Origin: an uncultured Thermoleophilaceae bacterium
GTDB taxonomy: Bacteria; Actinomycetota; Thermoleophilia; Solirubrobacterales; Thermoleophilaceae
NCBI GenBank assembly: GCA_963727395.1
Contig: CAVSGC010000008.1
Span: 23,879-87,878, forward strand
DNA: 64,000 bases
Reading direction: 5' to 3'
The position numbers were made by a program, and so were the translations under genes. The notes under the pieces are model-generated. The model had not been told where the DNA came from. It worked only from the letters and a program-made list of their open reading frames with translations, and ran no database searches. Shown here piece by piece: positions 50,809 through 61,384 of the stretch; within the stretch, counting starts at the first letter, position 1, and each line of letters starts with the position of its first letter.

Positions 50809-51779
50809 CGGCGACTACCGGGTCGTCCAGCACCGTGCCGGTGGAGCCGAAGCGAGCTTGGCGCTTGAGGCCTCGGTGAGGTCCCACTCGCGGCCGCCGA
50901 CGTAGGGGCCGCGGTCGATCACCGCGGGCCGTGACCGAGCGCCCGTGGTAGCGGAACGTGACCTTGGTGCCACAGGGCAGCGTCTTGTGGGCCGCGCCCA
51001 CCGTGCCGGGCGTGAGCGTGCCGCCGCAGCCCGAGCTTGTTGCCGTACAGGCCCGGGCCCGTACCACGACGCGTGGCCGGCGCGGTAGCTGTTGACCCGC
51101 CAGAGCGGTCGCCCGCGGCTGCGGCGTAGCGGTCTCCGCCGAAGCGAAGGCGCAGCCTGTGCCGCCCGGGGCGGTCCGGCGCCAGGCGCGCGCGGAACGC
51201 GTCCGCCGCGGCCGGTGCGGGTCGCGTCGACGGTGCGCCAGCCTGCGCCCGCTGCGCACCTGGAGCGTGCCACCCTGCGCCCGCGAATAGCGGGCAGCAG
51301 GCGGCCCCGACGCGCGACCGTGCGCCCGCCGAGCACGTGGCGGGTGGACGTGCGGGCCTTCAGCGACGCGAGCACGGTCACGCGCTTGGACGGCGCTGGC
51401 GCCGGCACGCCCACGGTCCGGTAGGAGCCCGAGCGGCGTGGCCTTCGCGGCGAAGCGGTAGGAGCCGTCGGCCGCCGTGTGGTGCGTGGCCACCTGCTGG
51501 AAGCGGCCGCCGCGCGGCGCGTACTCCAGGCGCACGGCTTGACCGGCGCCGGCGGCGGCACGCGGCCGGCTGATGCGGACGCGCTTGCCGTAGCGCACCT
51601 TCTGGGTCCTCTGTGCCCGCCATGCGTCACGGACGCGGTGCTCGGCCGCCGCGGGCTGCTGCGGTACGCCGCGCTGCGGCGACTCGCTGCTGTGATGTGC
51701 ACGCGGCGAGGGCGGCAAGGGCCAGCCCGCGCCCGCGCACGGTCGATTGCTGTCTGAGATGTGTGCCTTTCCCGGCCAT
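50790..51779 (-). pseudogene. RlpA-like (double-psi beta-barrel) secreted cell-wall protein; frame disrupted, 3' end approximate
   Basis: ATG 51777-51779 MAGKGTHLRQQSTVRGRGLALAALAAC (signal or lipoprotein-like). Ig-like repeats VRYGKRVRISG...AVRLEYAPRGGRFQQVATHHTAADGSYRFAAKA...SYRTVGVPAPAPSKRVTV. C-terminal DPBB ASWYGPG...GCGGTLTPGTVGAAHKTLPCGTKVTFRYHGRSVTA-VIDRGPYVGGREWDLTEA. Spread over ORFs 50579-51718 and 50815-51702 and the third frame. Confidence 0.7.
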
Positions 51780-51780
51780 G

Positions 51781-51950
51781 CCTACGGGGTTAGCTGCCGG
51801 GCTCGCGCCGGCCGATCTGGACGCCGCTACGGCCGGCGGTGCGCCTTGCGCACCGGCGGCCGATTCGCCCCTGCCGCCCTTATGGCGGCGTTGGGTCCCC
51901 CGTCCGCGGCGCTTGAAGCGCGCCGCTCGGCGTGGCCGAATCGAACAACT
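51781..51950 (-). promoter_or_regulatory. c-di-AMP riboswitch (ydaO-yuaA class) in the 5' leader of the RlpA-like gene
   Basis: Reverse-strand RNA reads ...CGAUUCGGCCACGCCGAGCGG[hairpin]GCGGACGGGGGACCCAACGCCGCCAUAAGGGCGGCAGGGGCGAAUCGGCC[14-bp hairpin GCCGGUGCGC-AAG-GCGCACCGCCGGC]...GAGCCCGGCAGCUAACCCCGUAGGC-AUG. The blocks GAGCGG...GGGGGACCCA, GGGG(U/C)GAAUC and CAGCUAACC(U/C)CGUA(A/G)GC match the conserved ydaO cores as I remember them. Placement before a cell-wall hydrolase-type gene is typical. Not verified with a covariance model. Confidence 0.65.
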
Positions 51951-52058
51951 GTTCGCAGGCTACGGAGCCGGGACGGCGGCACTGTGAGCCGCGTCACACG
52001 GCCGCGAAGGCGTGCACGCCGCCTTGCAGGCGTAGGTACCGGTCCATTTTGGAGCGAT

Positions 52059-53523
52059 ATGTCCGGAGACCGACTCACCGCGCTCGACGCGTCCTTCCTG
52101 CACCTGGAGGACGCCTCGGCCCACATGCACGTGGCCTCCGTGATGATCTTCGAGGGCGACCCGCCGCCCTACGACGAGCTGCTCGAGTCGATCGAGCGCC
52201 GCCTGCACCTGGTGCCCCGCTACCGCCAGAAGCTGGCCTTCGTGCCGCTCGGCCAGGGCCGCCCGCGGTGGGTGGACGACCCCCATCTGAACCTCGCGCT
52301 ACCACGTGCGCGCCACCGCCCTGCCCTCGCCCGGCACCGAGGACCAGCTGCGCGCCCTGGCCGGCCGCGTGTTCGCCCAGCAGCTGGACCGCGACAAGCC
52401 GCTGTGGGAGATCTGGCTCGTCGAGGGACTCGAGGGCGGGCGCTTCGCGCATGCTGTCCAAGACCCACCACTCGCTGGTGGACGGCATCTCCGGCGTGGA
52501 CATCTTCAGCGTGCTGTTCGACACCTCGCCCGAGCCCGCTGCGCCCACCGACCCGGGCCGCCGCTGGCTGCCGCGGCCCGCTCCCGTCCGGCGCCCAGTT
52601 GCTGGGCGAGGCGCTGGTCGAGCGCGCCACGATGCCCGGCCGAGGCCGTGCGCGCAGCGTGCGCGCGCTGTTCCGCGCGCCCGCGGCAGATCGCTGGCGC
52701 CGCTGCGTGCGGCGCCGCGGCCGGCGTGGGAGCGATGGCCTGGGCGGGCCTGAGCCCCGCGCCCACCACGCCCCTACAACCAGCCCGATCGGCCCCCACC
52801 GGCGCTTCACGTGGGTGCGCACCGAGCCTCGGCGGACATGAAGGCGATCAAGAACGAGCTGGGCGGCACGGTCAACGACGTCGTGCTGGCCGCGGTGGCG
52901 GGTGCTCTGGGACGCCACCTGCGCCGCCGCGGCCAGCGCACCGACGGCCTGGAGCTGAAGGCGATGGTGCCCGTGAGCGTGCGCCGCGACGACCAGCGCG
53001 GCGACCTGGGCAACCAGGTGGCGGCGATCATGGCCCCGCTGCCCGTGTGGTGCCAGGAGCCCGTGGCGCGGCTGGACATCGTGCCGCGAGCAGATGACGG
53101 ACCTCAAGGAGGGCGGCCAGGCGCGTCGGGCGCGCAGGTGCTGACCGAGCCTCACGCGGCTTCGCGCCGCCCACGGTGATGGGCCAGGCCTCCCGGCTGA
53201 TGAGCCGCCAGCGGTTCTTCAACCTGGTGGTGACCAACGTGCCCGGGCCCCAGTTCCCGCTGTACCTGATGGGCCGCCGCGCGCTGGACCCGTTCCCGAT
53301 GGTCCCGCTGGCCAAGAACCAGGGCCTGGGCATGGCGATCATGAGCTACAACGGCCAGATGAACTTCGGCCTGGTGGGCGACTACGACGTGATGTACGAC
53401 ATCGACGACCTGGCCGCGCGACCTCTACGACTCGCTCGGCCGAATTGGCGGATGCGGCCGGGCGTGGAGCTGACCACCCAGCCGCCGCCGGTGGTGCGCG
53501 ACGAGCTGGCCCACGTAGTCTGA
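52059..53523 (+). pseudogene. wax ester synthase/diacylglycerol acyltransferase (WS/DGAT); frame disrupted
   Basis: MSGDRLTALDASFLHLEDASAHMHVASVMIFEGDPPPYDELLESIERRLHLVPRYRQKLAFVPLGQGRPRWVDDPHLNL (ORF 51747). LAGRVFAQQLDRDKPLWEIWLVEGLEGGRFA (ORF 52306). MLSKTHHSLVDGISGVDIFSVLFD (HHxxxDG, ORF 51932). IKNELGGTVNDVVLAAVAGAL...LGNQVAAIMAPLPV (ORF 52811). FNLVVTNVPGPQFPLYLMGRRALDPFPMVPLAKNQGLGMAIMSYNGQMNFGLVGD (ORF 53176). Confidence 0.8.
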
Positions 53524-53532
53524 GGGCCTGAG

Positions 53533-54000
53533 ATGCGCAGAAGGTGATCGACAGCGGCCCGCGAGCTGGGTCTCGAGGTGGACGTGCGCCGCCTCCACCG
53601 AGACCACGGCCACCGTGGGCGACGCCGCGCGCGCGATGGGCTGCGCCGGAGGCGCAGATCGCCAAGTCGCTGGTGTTCGTGGCGGACGGCGACCCGGTGC
53701 TGTGCATCGCGTCGGGGAGCCACCGGGTGGACCCCGGCCGGCTGGCCGACGCCCTCGACGTGGCCGAGGTGCGCCAGGCCAGCCCGGACGAGGTTCGCGC
53801 CGCCACGGGCTTCTCCGTGGGGGGCGTGCCGCCCTTCGGCCACGACCTGCCCGTGGTGTTCGACGAGTCGCTGCTCGACCACGAGCGGGTCTGCGCCGCC
53901 GCGGGGCGACGGCAACAGCCTGTTCGAGGTGGATCCGCGCAAGCTGCTGGAGTGCACCGGGGCCATCGCGGCTGACGCGTGGTCTCGCGACGGCGCCTAG
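53533..54000 (+). pseudogene. YbaK/EbsC-type aminoacyl-tRNA deacylase domain protein; frame disrupted
   Basis: ARELGLEVDVRRL, ATVGDAARAMGC and AQIAKSLVFVADGDPVLCIASGSHRVDPGRLADALDVAEVRQASPDEVRAATGFSVGGVPPFGHDLPVVFDESLLDHERV (ORF 53544), then [27 protein letters not shown] (ORF 53578-54000). Confidence 0.7.
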
Positions 54001-54014
54001 GCCCGACCGGAGTG

Positions 54015-54697
54015 ATGGGCGTGCGCGAACATGAACACATCGCGGGAGCTGGCTGGACCGTGGCCATGGCACTCGTCGGCGCCGCTCCCCTCCCCCGCAG
54101 CTGGCCGCCCGGCGAGGCCGGCTCGCCCGCGCATCGCCGCGCGGGGCTCGTGGACGTGAGCGGTTCGCGCCCGGCGCTAGCCGCTCGACATCCGCTACGC
54201 CACCAGGCGCAACGTGACCGGCAGGCGCCTTCCCGGCTACTGCCGGCCTGGGCGCTGATGCGCCGCGCCCTCGCCCGCGACCTCGGCCGGGTGCAACGCC
54301 GGTTGCGCCGGCGCGGGCTCGAGCCTGGCGATCTTCGACGCCTACCGCCCCGCCCGCGCGACTCGCGCGCGCTCGTGCGCTGGGCGCAGCGAAACGGACG
54401 GGGCACCTCGTGGGCACCTACATCGCCCGCCGCAGCAACCACAACCTCGGCAGCGCCGTGGACCTCACGCTGGTGCGCGCGACGGGACGGAAAGCGCATC
54501 AGGATGGGCCCCTACGACGACCTCGGGCCCGCCGCGAACACCTGCAACGCGCGCGGCCGCGTGCTGCGCAACAGGCTGATACTGGTGCGCGCCATGGAGC
54601 GCTTCGGCTTCGTCAACTACACCGCGAGTGGTGGCACTTCGACCATCGCGACCGCGGCTCGCGCTATCTGGATCTGGCCCTCGGCTGCAGGGGCTGA
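54015..54697 (+). pseudogene. M15-family D-alanyl-D-alanine dipeptidase (VanX/DdpX-like); frame disrupted
   Basis: LVDVS..., [71 protein letters not shown] (SxHxxGxAxD) and [19 protein letters not shown] (ORF 54410-54697), spread over three frames. Confidence 0.7.
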
Positions 54698-54725
54698 AAC
54701 GGCGAAGCGAGGGTGCAACTGGACG

Positions 54726-56514
54726 ATGAGCACGCGTCCGGAGCCGCTGCGGGTGGCCCTCGCGCAGATCAACCCCACGGTGGGCGACATCGAGGGCAAC
54801 GCCGCGAAGATCGCGCGAGCATCGCGCCGCGCGCGTGACGAGGGCGCCGCGCTGGTGGTCTTCCCCGAGCTCGCGCCTCACGGGCTACCCGCCGGAGGAC
54901 CTGCTGCTGAAGACGCACTTCCTCGACGCCGCCGGCGCCGCGCTCGAGGAGCTGGCCGGCGGGGTCCAGCGGCATCGTCGCGCTGGTGGGCTTCCCCGAG
55001 CGCGCGGACGACGTGTACAACTCCGCCGCCGTGCTCGCCGACGGCCGGGTGGCCGCCGTCTACCGCAAGTGCACCTGCCCAACTACGGCGTCGTTCGACG
55101 AGCACCGCTACTTCCAGGCCGGCACCGAGCCCGCGCTGATCGAGCTGAACGGCATCACGATCGGCCTCACGGTCTGCGAGGACATCTGGGAGCCCGGGCC
55201 GCCCGCCAGCTCGCGAGGCGCTGGCGGGCGCGCAGGTGATCGTCAACCTCTCCGCGTCGCCCTACCACGCGGGCAAGGGGGCCGAGCGCGAGCGGATGCT
55301 GGTGCAGCGCGCGCGGGACAACCTCGCCGCGGTGCTGTTCTGCAACACGGTCGGCGGCCAGGACGAGCTGGTCTTCGACGGCCACAGCGTCGCGATCGAC
55401 CAGGACGGCGAGGTGCTCGCGCGCTCGCCGCAGTTCGAGGAGGCGCTCACGCTGTGCACGGTGGACCCGGGCGCCGTGGCCGCCGCCCGCCTGCGCGACA
55501 CCCGCCACCGCGCCGCGGTGCGCGCGAGCGCGAGCGCAAGGCGGTGCCGGTGCTCGCGTCGCTGGCTCGTCGACGCCGCGACCCGGCGCGAGGTGGGCGG
55601 CCCGGTGGCGGAGCTGCTGGAGCCCGAGGAGGAGGTGTACGCCGCGCTGCGCACCGGCCTGCGCGACTACGTCGACAAGAACGGCTTCGACCGCGTGGTG
55701 ATCGGCTCTCGGGCGGGATCGACTCGGCGCTGGTGGCGCTGGTGGCCGTGGACGCCCTGGGGGCCGACCGCGTGGTCTGCGTGTCCATGCCCTCGCCCTA
55801 CTCCTCCGAGGGCACCCGTGCCGACGCCCGCGCGATCGCCGCCAACCTCGGCACCGAGTTCCTCGAGCTGGCCATCGAGGACGCGATGGCGCGCCTACGA
55901 GCGCCTGCTCGCGGAGGCGTTCGCCGGGCACGCGAGCCGGACATCGCCGAGGAGAACCTCCAGGCGCGCATCCGGGGCAACGCTGGTGATGGCGCTGTCG
56001 AACAAGTTCGGCTGGCTGGTGCTCACCACCGGCAACAAGTCCGAGCTGTCGGTGGGCTACGCGACGCTCTACGGCGACATGGCGGGCGGCTTCGCGGTGC
56101 TCAAGGACGTGTTCAAGGGATGGGTCTACCGCCTGGTGCGGTGGCGCAACGAGCCAGGCCGCACGCGAGCTCGTGCCGGCATCGGTGCTCGACCGCCCGC
56201 CATCGGCCGAGCTGCGCCACGAGCAGCGCGACGACGAGTCGCTCCCGCCCTACGACGTGCTCGACGCGATCCTCGCCGGCTACGTGGAGCAGGACCTCGA
56301 CGCCGCGGAGCTCGTGCGCCAGGGGCTGCCCGCGGAGGAGGTCGAGCGCGTGATCCGGATGGTCGACCGCGCCGAGTACAAGCGCCGTCAGGCCCCGCCG
56401 GGGATCCGCATCTCCACCAAGGCGTTCGGGCGCGACCGGCGGCTGCCGATCACGAACCGCTACGTAGCCGGCGTTCTGTCGGCGCGGGCCGCACGGCCAT
56501 CGTCACCCGCGTGA
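54726..56514 (+). pseudogene. nadE: glutamine-dependent NAD+ synthetase; frame disrupted, 3' end approximate
   Basis: [30 protein letters not shown]...[25 protein letters not shown] (ORF 54835), [18 protein letters not shown]...LNGITIGLTVCEDIWEPGP (ORF 54986), IVNLSASPYHAGKGAERERMLVQRARDNLAAVLFCNTVGGQDELVFDGHSVAID (ORF 55236), SGGIDSALVALVAVDALG (PP-loop), VMALSNKFGWLVLTTGNKSELSVGYATLYGDMAGGFAVLKDVFK, PSAELRHEQRDDESLPPYDVLDAIL...RRQAPPGIRISTKAFGRDRRLPITNRY (ORF 56173). Confidence 0.85.
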
Positions 56515-56888
56515 TCGCGCACAGCCGGCCCTCGTCGTCGGTGAAGTCGACCTCCCAGACCCAGCTCGTGCGCCCGCGGTGGCGGCGCCTGCCCTCGGCG
56601 TGCACCGTGCCCTCGGCGACCGGCCGCAGGAAGCTCGTGTGGTTGGACTGGCCCATCGCGACGTTGCCGTCGCCCGCCACGCTCATGTAGGTGGCCGCGG
56701 AGGCCAGCGTCTCGGCCATCGCCGCGTAGGCGCCGCCGTGGACGATGCCCATCGGCTGGCGCACGCGGTCGGTGACCTCGAAGCGCCCCGTGCCCGCTCC
56801 TCCCCGGCCTCGATCAGCTCGAAGCCGAGGGTGCTGACCATGCGTGGCGGCGAAGCGGTCGGCCGGGTCCGACTGGGGGTTCGGTCAT
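56450..56888 (-). pseudogene. PaaI-family hotdog-fold thioesterase; frame disrupted near the 5' end
   Basis: ATG 56888, then MVSTLGFELIEAGEERARGRFEVTDRV in another frame, then RQPMGIVHGGAYAAMAETLASAATYMSVAGDGNVAMGQSNHTSFLRPVAEGTVHAEG...WVWEVDFTDDEGRLCAITRVTMAV (ORF 56450-56764). Confidence 0.65.
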
Positions 56889-56914
56889 GCCGGGCAGGCT
56901 ATCTTTCGCCGCTC

Positions 56915-57991
56915 ATGGCCACGTTCGACCAGCTCTCTGCCGAGCAGCGGGCGATCATCGAGCTCGTTCTCAAGCGGGGGCAGACCTACGGCAGCTGAGC
57001 GACATGCTCGACATGGCACCGCCCGCGTGCGCGAGCTGGCCCGCGAGGCCCTCGTGCGCCTGTCGCCTGTGAGCGCCGCCGCCGTGGACGACGACTGGCG
57101 CGGCCAGATCGCCGACTACCTGCTCAACCAGCAGACCGGGCCCGGAGTCCACCGCCACCAAGGGCCACCTGCGCCGCTCCGAGGCCGCGCGCGGATGGTC
57201 GCGCTCGGTGCTCGACTCCCTCGACGCGTTCTACGACGGGCGAGCTTCCCGCGATCCCCGAGGGCGACGCCGCGGCCGCCGCGCCGCGAGCGCCCGCGCC
57301 GAGCCAAGCGCGACAAGGAGGCCAAGGAGAAGGACAAGGCCACGGAGCCCGAGGCAGCGCCGTCCCGGCGCTCGCTCTCGCCGGCCGCGAGCGCCGCCGT
57401 GCGCCGCCGCCGTCGGTGGCCGCGGCGGGGGCGCGGCGCTGCTGGTGCTGCTGCTGGTGTTCGTCTGGCTGCTGGCCCATCGGCCTGCTGCATCGGCGGC
57501 GACGACGACGAGCAGAGCGGCGGCTCGAGCGAGACCCAGAACGCCGCCAGGCCAGGCGCGCCTCGTCGGCCAGCTGGCGCTGCAGCCCGGTCGAGAGCAC
57601 CAAGGGACAGCGCAACGTGCGCGGAGTGGCCGTGATCGCCCAGCGCGGCGGCCAGCGCCAGCTGATCGTGCAGGCCCAGCTGCCGCCCAACAAGGAGGGC
57701 CAGGCCTACCAGGTGTGGCTCTACAACAGCCGACGGCGACGCCAGTCGATGGGCGCCCAGGTGGCCGACGCAAGGGCGCGTTCCAGGGCGCCGGTCAGCT
57801 GCCCGAAGGCTTCGAGAAGTACAGGTTCATCGACGTCTCGCGCGAGCACGATCCGACGGCGACGACGGCCACTCGCGGCGACTCGGTGCTGCGCGGGCGG
57901 CTGGACCAGATCCAGCGCGGCCGAGGACCCCGCCGCCCAGGGCGACGCCGCACCGCAGCAGACCACCCCGCAGGCGCCCGGCCAGCCCTAG
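56915..57991 (+). pseudogene. membrane protein with N-terminal sigma-70 region-4-like HTH and C-terminal anti-sigma-K (RskA)-like domain; frame disrupted
   Basis: MATFDQLSAEQRAIIELVLKRGQTYG, then LSDMLDM..., VRELAREALVRLSPVSAAAVDDDWRGQIADYLLNQQTGP (ORF 56844 frame). A Lys/Ala-rich linker and TM ALLVLLLVFVWLL. C-domain GVAVIAQRGGQRQLIVQAQLPPNKEGQAYQVWLYNS (ORF 57416), with further pieces FQGAGQLPEGFEKYRFIDVSRE. Confidence 0.55.
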
Positions 57992-59627
57992 CCCGCCGGC
58001 AGCAGCTTGCCGGGGTTCATGATCGCCCGGCGGGTCGAGGCGCTCCTTGGCGGCGCGCAGCACCTCCAGCCCCAGCGCCCCCACCTCGGCCTCCATCCAG
58101 GGCGCGTGGTCGCGCCCACGGCGTGGTGGTGGGTGATCGTGCCGCCCGTGGCCACGATCGCGTCGCAGCGCCGCCCGCTTGGCGGCGCGCCACTGCTCCA
58201 GCTCGGCGCCCCGCTCCTGGCGGGCGATGAAGGTGAAGTACAGGGAGGCGCCCGAGGGTACAGGTGCGACACGTGGCACATCACCGCGGGTGGCGTGCCG
58301 CGCGCCGCCAGGCCTCGCGCAGCGCCTGCGCCGACGCCTCGAGTAGAGCGCCGTGCAGCCCGCTCCAGGTGGTGGCGGTCTCCAGCGTCTCCACCATCAC
58401 GCCGCGATCCAGCAGCTCGTCGCGCAGGTAGGGCGCCGCGAAGCGCCCGCGCAGCCAGGCGCGCCCCGGGCCGCTCGCCCAGCGACAGCGCCTCCCGCGG
58501 CGCGCAGGATCGACGCGCAGCGCCCGCGCCGGCGGCCACATCCTCGGCCGGCCCCTCGAAGCCGGTGAACACAAGGCAGCCGCCCTCGTGGCCGCGCAGG
58601 CCGCAGGTAGGCGCGCCCGGCCCGCTCCGCCGCGCGCTGCCGGTGGAGCCCAGCGCCATCGTGAGGCGGTCTCCTCGCTCGTCGGAGAGGCGGGCCACGT
58701 CCGGGGCGGCGCCGCGCCTGCTCCAGCGCGCGCAGCGCCTCGCACGCCCTCCTCGAACGAGCGGAACGACCAGGCCTCGTAGTGGCGCTGAGGCGGGCGC
58801 GGGGCGCACCCGCACGTGGCCGCGGTGATCACGCCCAGGGCGCCCTCGGAGCCCACGATCAGCTCGCGCAGCGAGGGTCCCGGCCGCGGTGGCCGGCACG
58901 TCGAGGGTGCTCGAGCGGGCCGGCCGGGCGACTCGCACCGCAGCGACCTGCACCAGCTCGTCGATGCGCCCGTAGCCGGTGGAGGCCTGCCCGGCCGAGC
59001 GGGTGGCCACCCAGCCGCCCACGGTGGAGAACTCAAAGGACTGCGGGAAGTGCCCAGGGTGAGCCCCTGCTGCGCCCAGCCGGTGCTCCAGCGCGGGCCC
59101 AGGATGCCCGGCTCGAGCGGGCGGTGAGCGACGTGCGGTCCACGCCCGAGCACCCTGTCCATGCGGCGCAGGTCCAGCGACACGGCGGCCGCGTGGGAGC
59201 CCCGCAGCGGCCTCCACCCCGCCCACCACGCTGGTGCCGCCGCCGAATGGAATCACCGCCACCCCGGCGCTCGCACATGCGCTCAGCACGGCCGCCACCT
59301 CGTCCCCACCGCGCGGGACGTACCACGGCGTCCGGGGCGCCCGAGCGCGTCGCCGGCGCGCAGCCGCACGAGGTCGGGATAGCTGCGCCCGGCCGCGTGC
59401 GCCACGCGCTCCTGCGCGTCGTCGAGCACGTTCTCCTGCCCCACCACGGCCTCGAGCGCGCGGCGTGCCGCGCGCCGGCAGCGCGGGTCGGCCAGGCGTC
59501 ACGTCCGGCCAGCTCCACCCGCTCGCCCCGCTCGTCGCCCGAGGTCCAGCTCTGCGCGCAGCAGGTGCGCGGCCGGCTCGGGGAGCGTCATGGCGGCGGC
59601 GTCCTCTCCCCACCCCCACCAGCGCAC
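57988..59627 (-). pseudogene. FAD-linked oxidase, alkyl-DHAP synthase (AgpS)-like; frame disrupted many times
   Basis: GTG 59627 VRWWGWGEDAAAMTLPEP (W-x-GWG N-terminus). VPRGGDEVAAVLSACASAGVAVIPFGGGTSVVGGVE, HFPQSFEFSTVGGWVATRSAGQASTGYGRIDELV, CHVSHLYP.GASLYFTF pieces, ITHHHAVG and LDPPGIMNPGKLLPAG-stop (ORFs 57988-59952, 58281-59183, 57827-58279). Confidence 0.75.
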
Positions 59628-59629
59628 GC

Positions 59630-60082
59630 CTAGTCCTCCCAGCCGTCGGCCAGCTCCTGCAGACCGTCCAGAGCGCCGTCGAACTGCCGCTTGGTGCGCG
59701 GCGTGACCTGGAACCCGCCCAACCGCGAGAAGCCGCGCAGCTGGATCCGGCGCTCGAGGCGCACCACGGTGGAGTCCTCGCCCGGCCGGCTCCAGTCCGA
59801 AGCTCGGTGACCGAGGAGGCCATGATCCGCTCGAAGGGGGACTCCTCCACCTCGTGGCGCCAGCGCAGGCAGCCGCGGCTGTTCGGACTCCTCGAGCGTG
59901 TAGTCGGCGCGCATGCGTGCGGCCATTGGCGCTCGTGAGCACCGCGGTCCACGCATCCGCGAGGCCTCCTCCACGCGCGCCACGTTGGGCCACCAGCTGG
60001 GCCAGCGCCGGGGATCGGACACCAGCGACCAGAGTCGCTCCGGGGCGGCGGGCACGGTGCGCGAGCGAATGATCGTGGGCAC
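59630..60082 (-). pseudogene. SRPBCC (START/polyketide cyclase-like) protein; internal compensating frame switches
   Basis: VPTIIRSRTVPAAPERLWSLVSDPRRWPSWWPNVARVEEAS and the C-terminus EDSTVVRLERRIQLRGFSRLGGFQVTPRTKRQFDGALDGLQELADGWED are in the ORF 59630-60082 frame. The middle pieces ADAWTAVLTSANGR and LRWRHEVEESPFERIMASSVTEL are in the other two frames. Confidence 0.6.
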
Positions 60083-60085
60083 CGG

Positions 60086-60631
60086 CTACTCCGAGTCGTA
60101 GGAGATCAGGCTGTGAACGTGGCGGCGGCGCCAGCTGCTCGCGGCCGCCGAGGAAAGCCAGCTCGATCACGAAGGCGCAGCCGGCCACCTCTGCGCCGGC
60201 CTGCTCCACGAGCGTCGCACAGCGCTCCCGCCGTGCCGCCGGTGGCCAGCAGGTCGTCGTGCACGAGCACGCGGGCCCCGCCGCTCAGCGCGTCGCTGTG
60301 CATCTCGAGGGCGTCCACGCCGTACTCCAGCTGGTACTCCACCGAGTCCGTTTCCCGGGGCAGCTTGCCCGGCTTGCGCGCCACGATGAAGCCGGCCCCA
60401 CGTGCGCGGCGATCGCCCCGCCCAGCACGAAGCCACGCGCCTCGGCCGACACCACGTAGTCGGCCCCAACGCCCCTCGCGTAGCCGGCCAGCGCCTCGGT
60501 GGCCGCGCGCAGCGCAGCGGCGTCGAGGAACAGCGGGGTGATGTCTCTGAACACGATCCCCGGCTTGGGAAAGTCAGGGATGTCGCGCGACGCAGCGCGC
60601 GCAGGATCCGATCGGACGGGCCGGCCGTCAC
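60086..60631 (-). pseudogene. apt: adenine phosphoribosyltransferase; frame disrupted
   Basis: GTG 60631 overlaps the MerR stop (GTGA). [63 protein letters not shown] (ORF 60285). [53 protein letters not shown] (ORF 60106). [16 protein letters not shown] and ...[13 protein letters not shown] (60086-60088) are in other frames. Confidence 0.8.
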
Positions 60632-61374
60632 TTGGCGAGCTTGCGGAGATCGCGGATGAGCAGCAGGTGCTTGAGGTAGGAGGCGGTGGTGGCCAGGTCC
60701 TCGAGGGCCTGCATGGCCTCCTTGCGCCGCTCGGGGTTCCGCGACCGCAGCGCCGGGGCGAGGATCTGCTCGAGCAGGGCCGCCTCGCGATCGGCCGAGG
60801 TGCGGAACACGCGCAGGTTGCGCCCGCCGACGCCGTAGCGCTTGAGCTCGGTGACCGCGCGCACGATCTCGCGTTCGGTGTCGTCGTACACGGTCTCGCC
60901 GTCCTGCTTCTCGCCGCGGATCACGCCGTACTCCTCGAGCTCCTTGACCAGCGCCGCGTCAGCCCCGGTCTCGTCGAGCACCTCGTCGAGCCCGTACAGT
61001 GACCCGCCCGAGCGCATGGCCACGGTGGCCCGGCGGCCACCCGAGCGCGGGTCCGAGCCCGAGCCGTCGCCCGGAGAGATCTCCTCCTGCTCGGCGCGGC
61101 CCGATGCCAGCTCCTGGCGGATCACCCGCAGGGGCAGAAACTCGTCGCGCTGCAGGCGCAGGATCGTGCGCAGGCGCACCACGTCGGACGCGTTGAACAG
61201 GCGATATCCACCCGCGGTCCGCCTGGGGGCCATCAGCTTCTGGTCCTCCAGATAGCGGATCTTCGAGATCGAGATGTCGGGGAACTCACGCTCCAGCTGC
61301 TTGCAGACGGCCCCGATCGTCAGTGCCTTGCCGCTACCGGCGGGAGGCGCCTCGGCTCCGTCCTGGACGCCCAT
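60628..61374 (-). CDS. MerR-family transcriptional regulator (FtsR / Rv1828-like)
   Basis: Intact 248-aa ORF. LTIGAVCKQLEREFPDISISKIRYLEDQKLMAPRRTAGGYRLFNASDVVRLRTILRLQRDEFLPLRVIRQEL, plus C-terminal domain EYGVIRG...ELKRYGVGGRNLRVFRTSADREAALLEQIL. It sits directly downstream of an FHA (GarA/OdhI-like) gene, as in Corynebacterium and Mycobacterium. Confidence 0.8.
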   Translation of the reverse strand: MGVQDGAEAPPAGSGKALTIGAVCKQLEREFPDISISKIRYLEDQKLMAPRRTAGGYRLFNASDVVRLRTILRLQRDEFLPLRVIRQELASGRAEQEEISPGDGSGSDPRSGGRRATVAMRSGGSLYGLDEVLDETGADAALVKELEEYGVIRGEKQDGETVYDDTEREIVRAVTELKRYGVGGRNLRVFRTSADREAALLEQILAPALRSRNPERRKEAMQALEDLATTASYLKHLLLIRDLRKLAK

Positions 61375-61384
61375 GACCGTCTCC

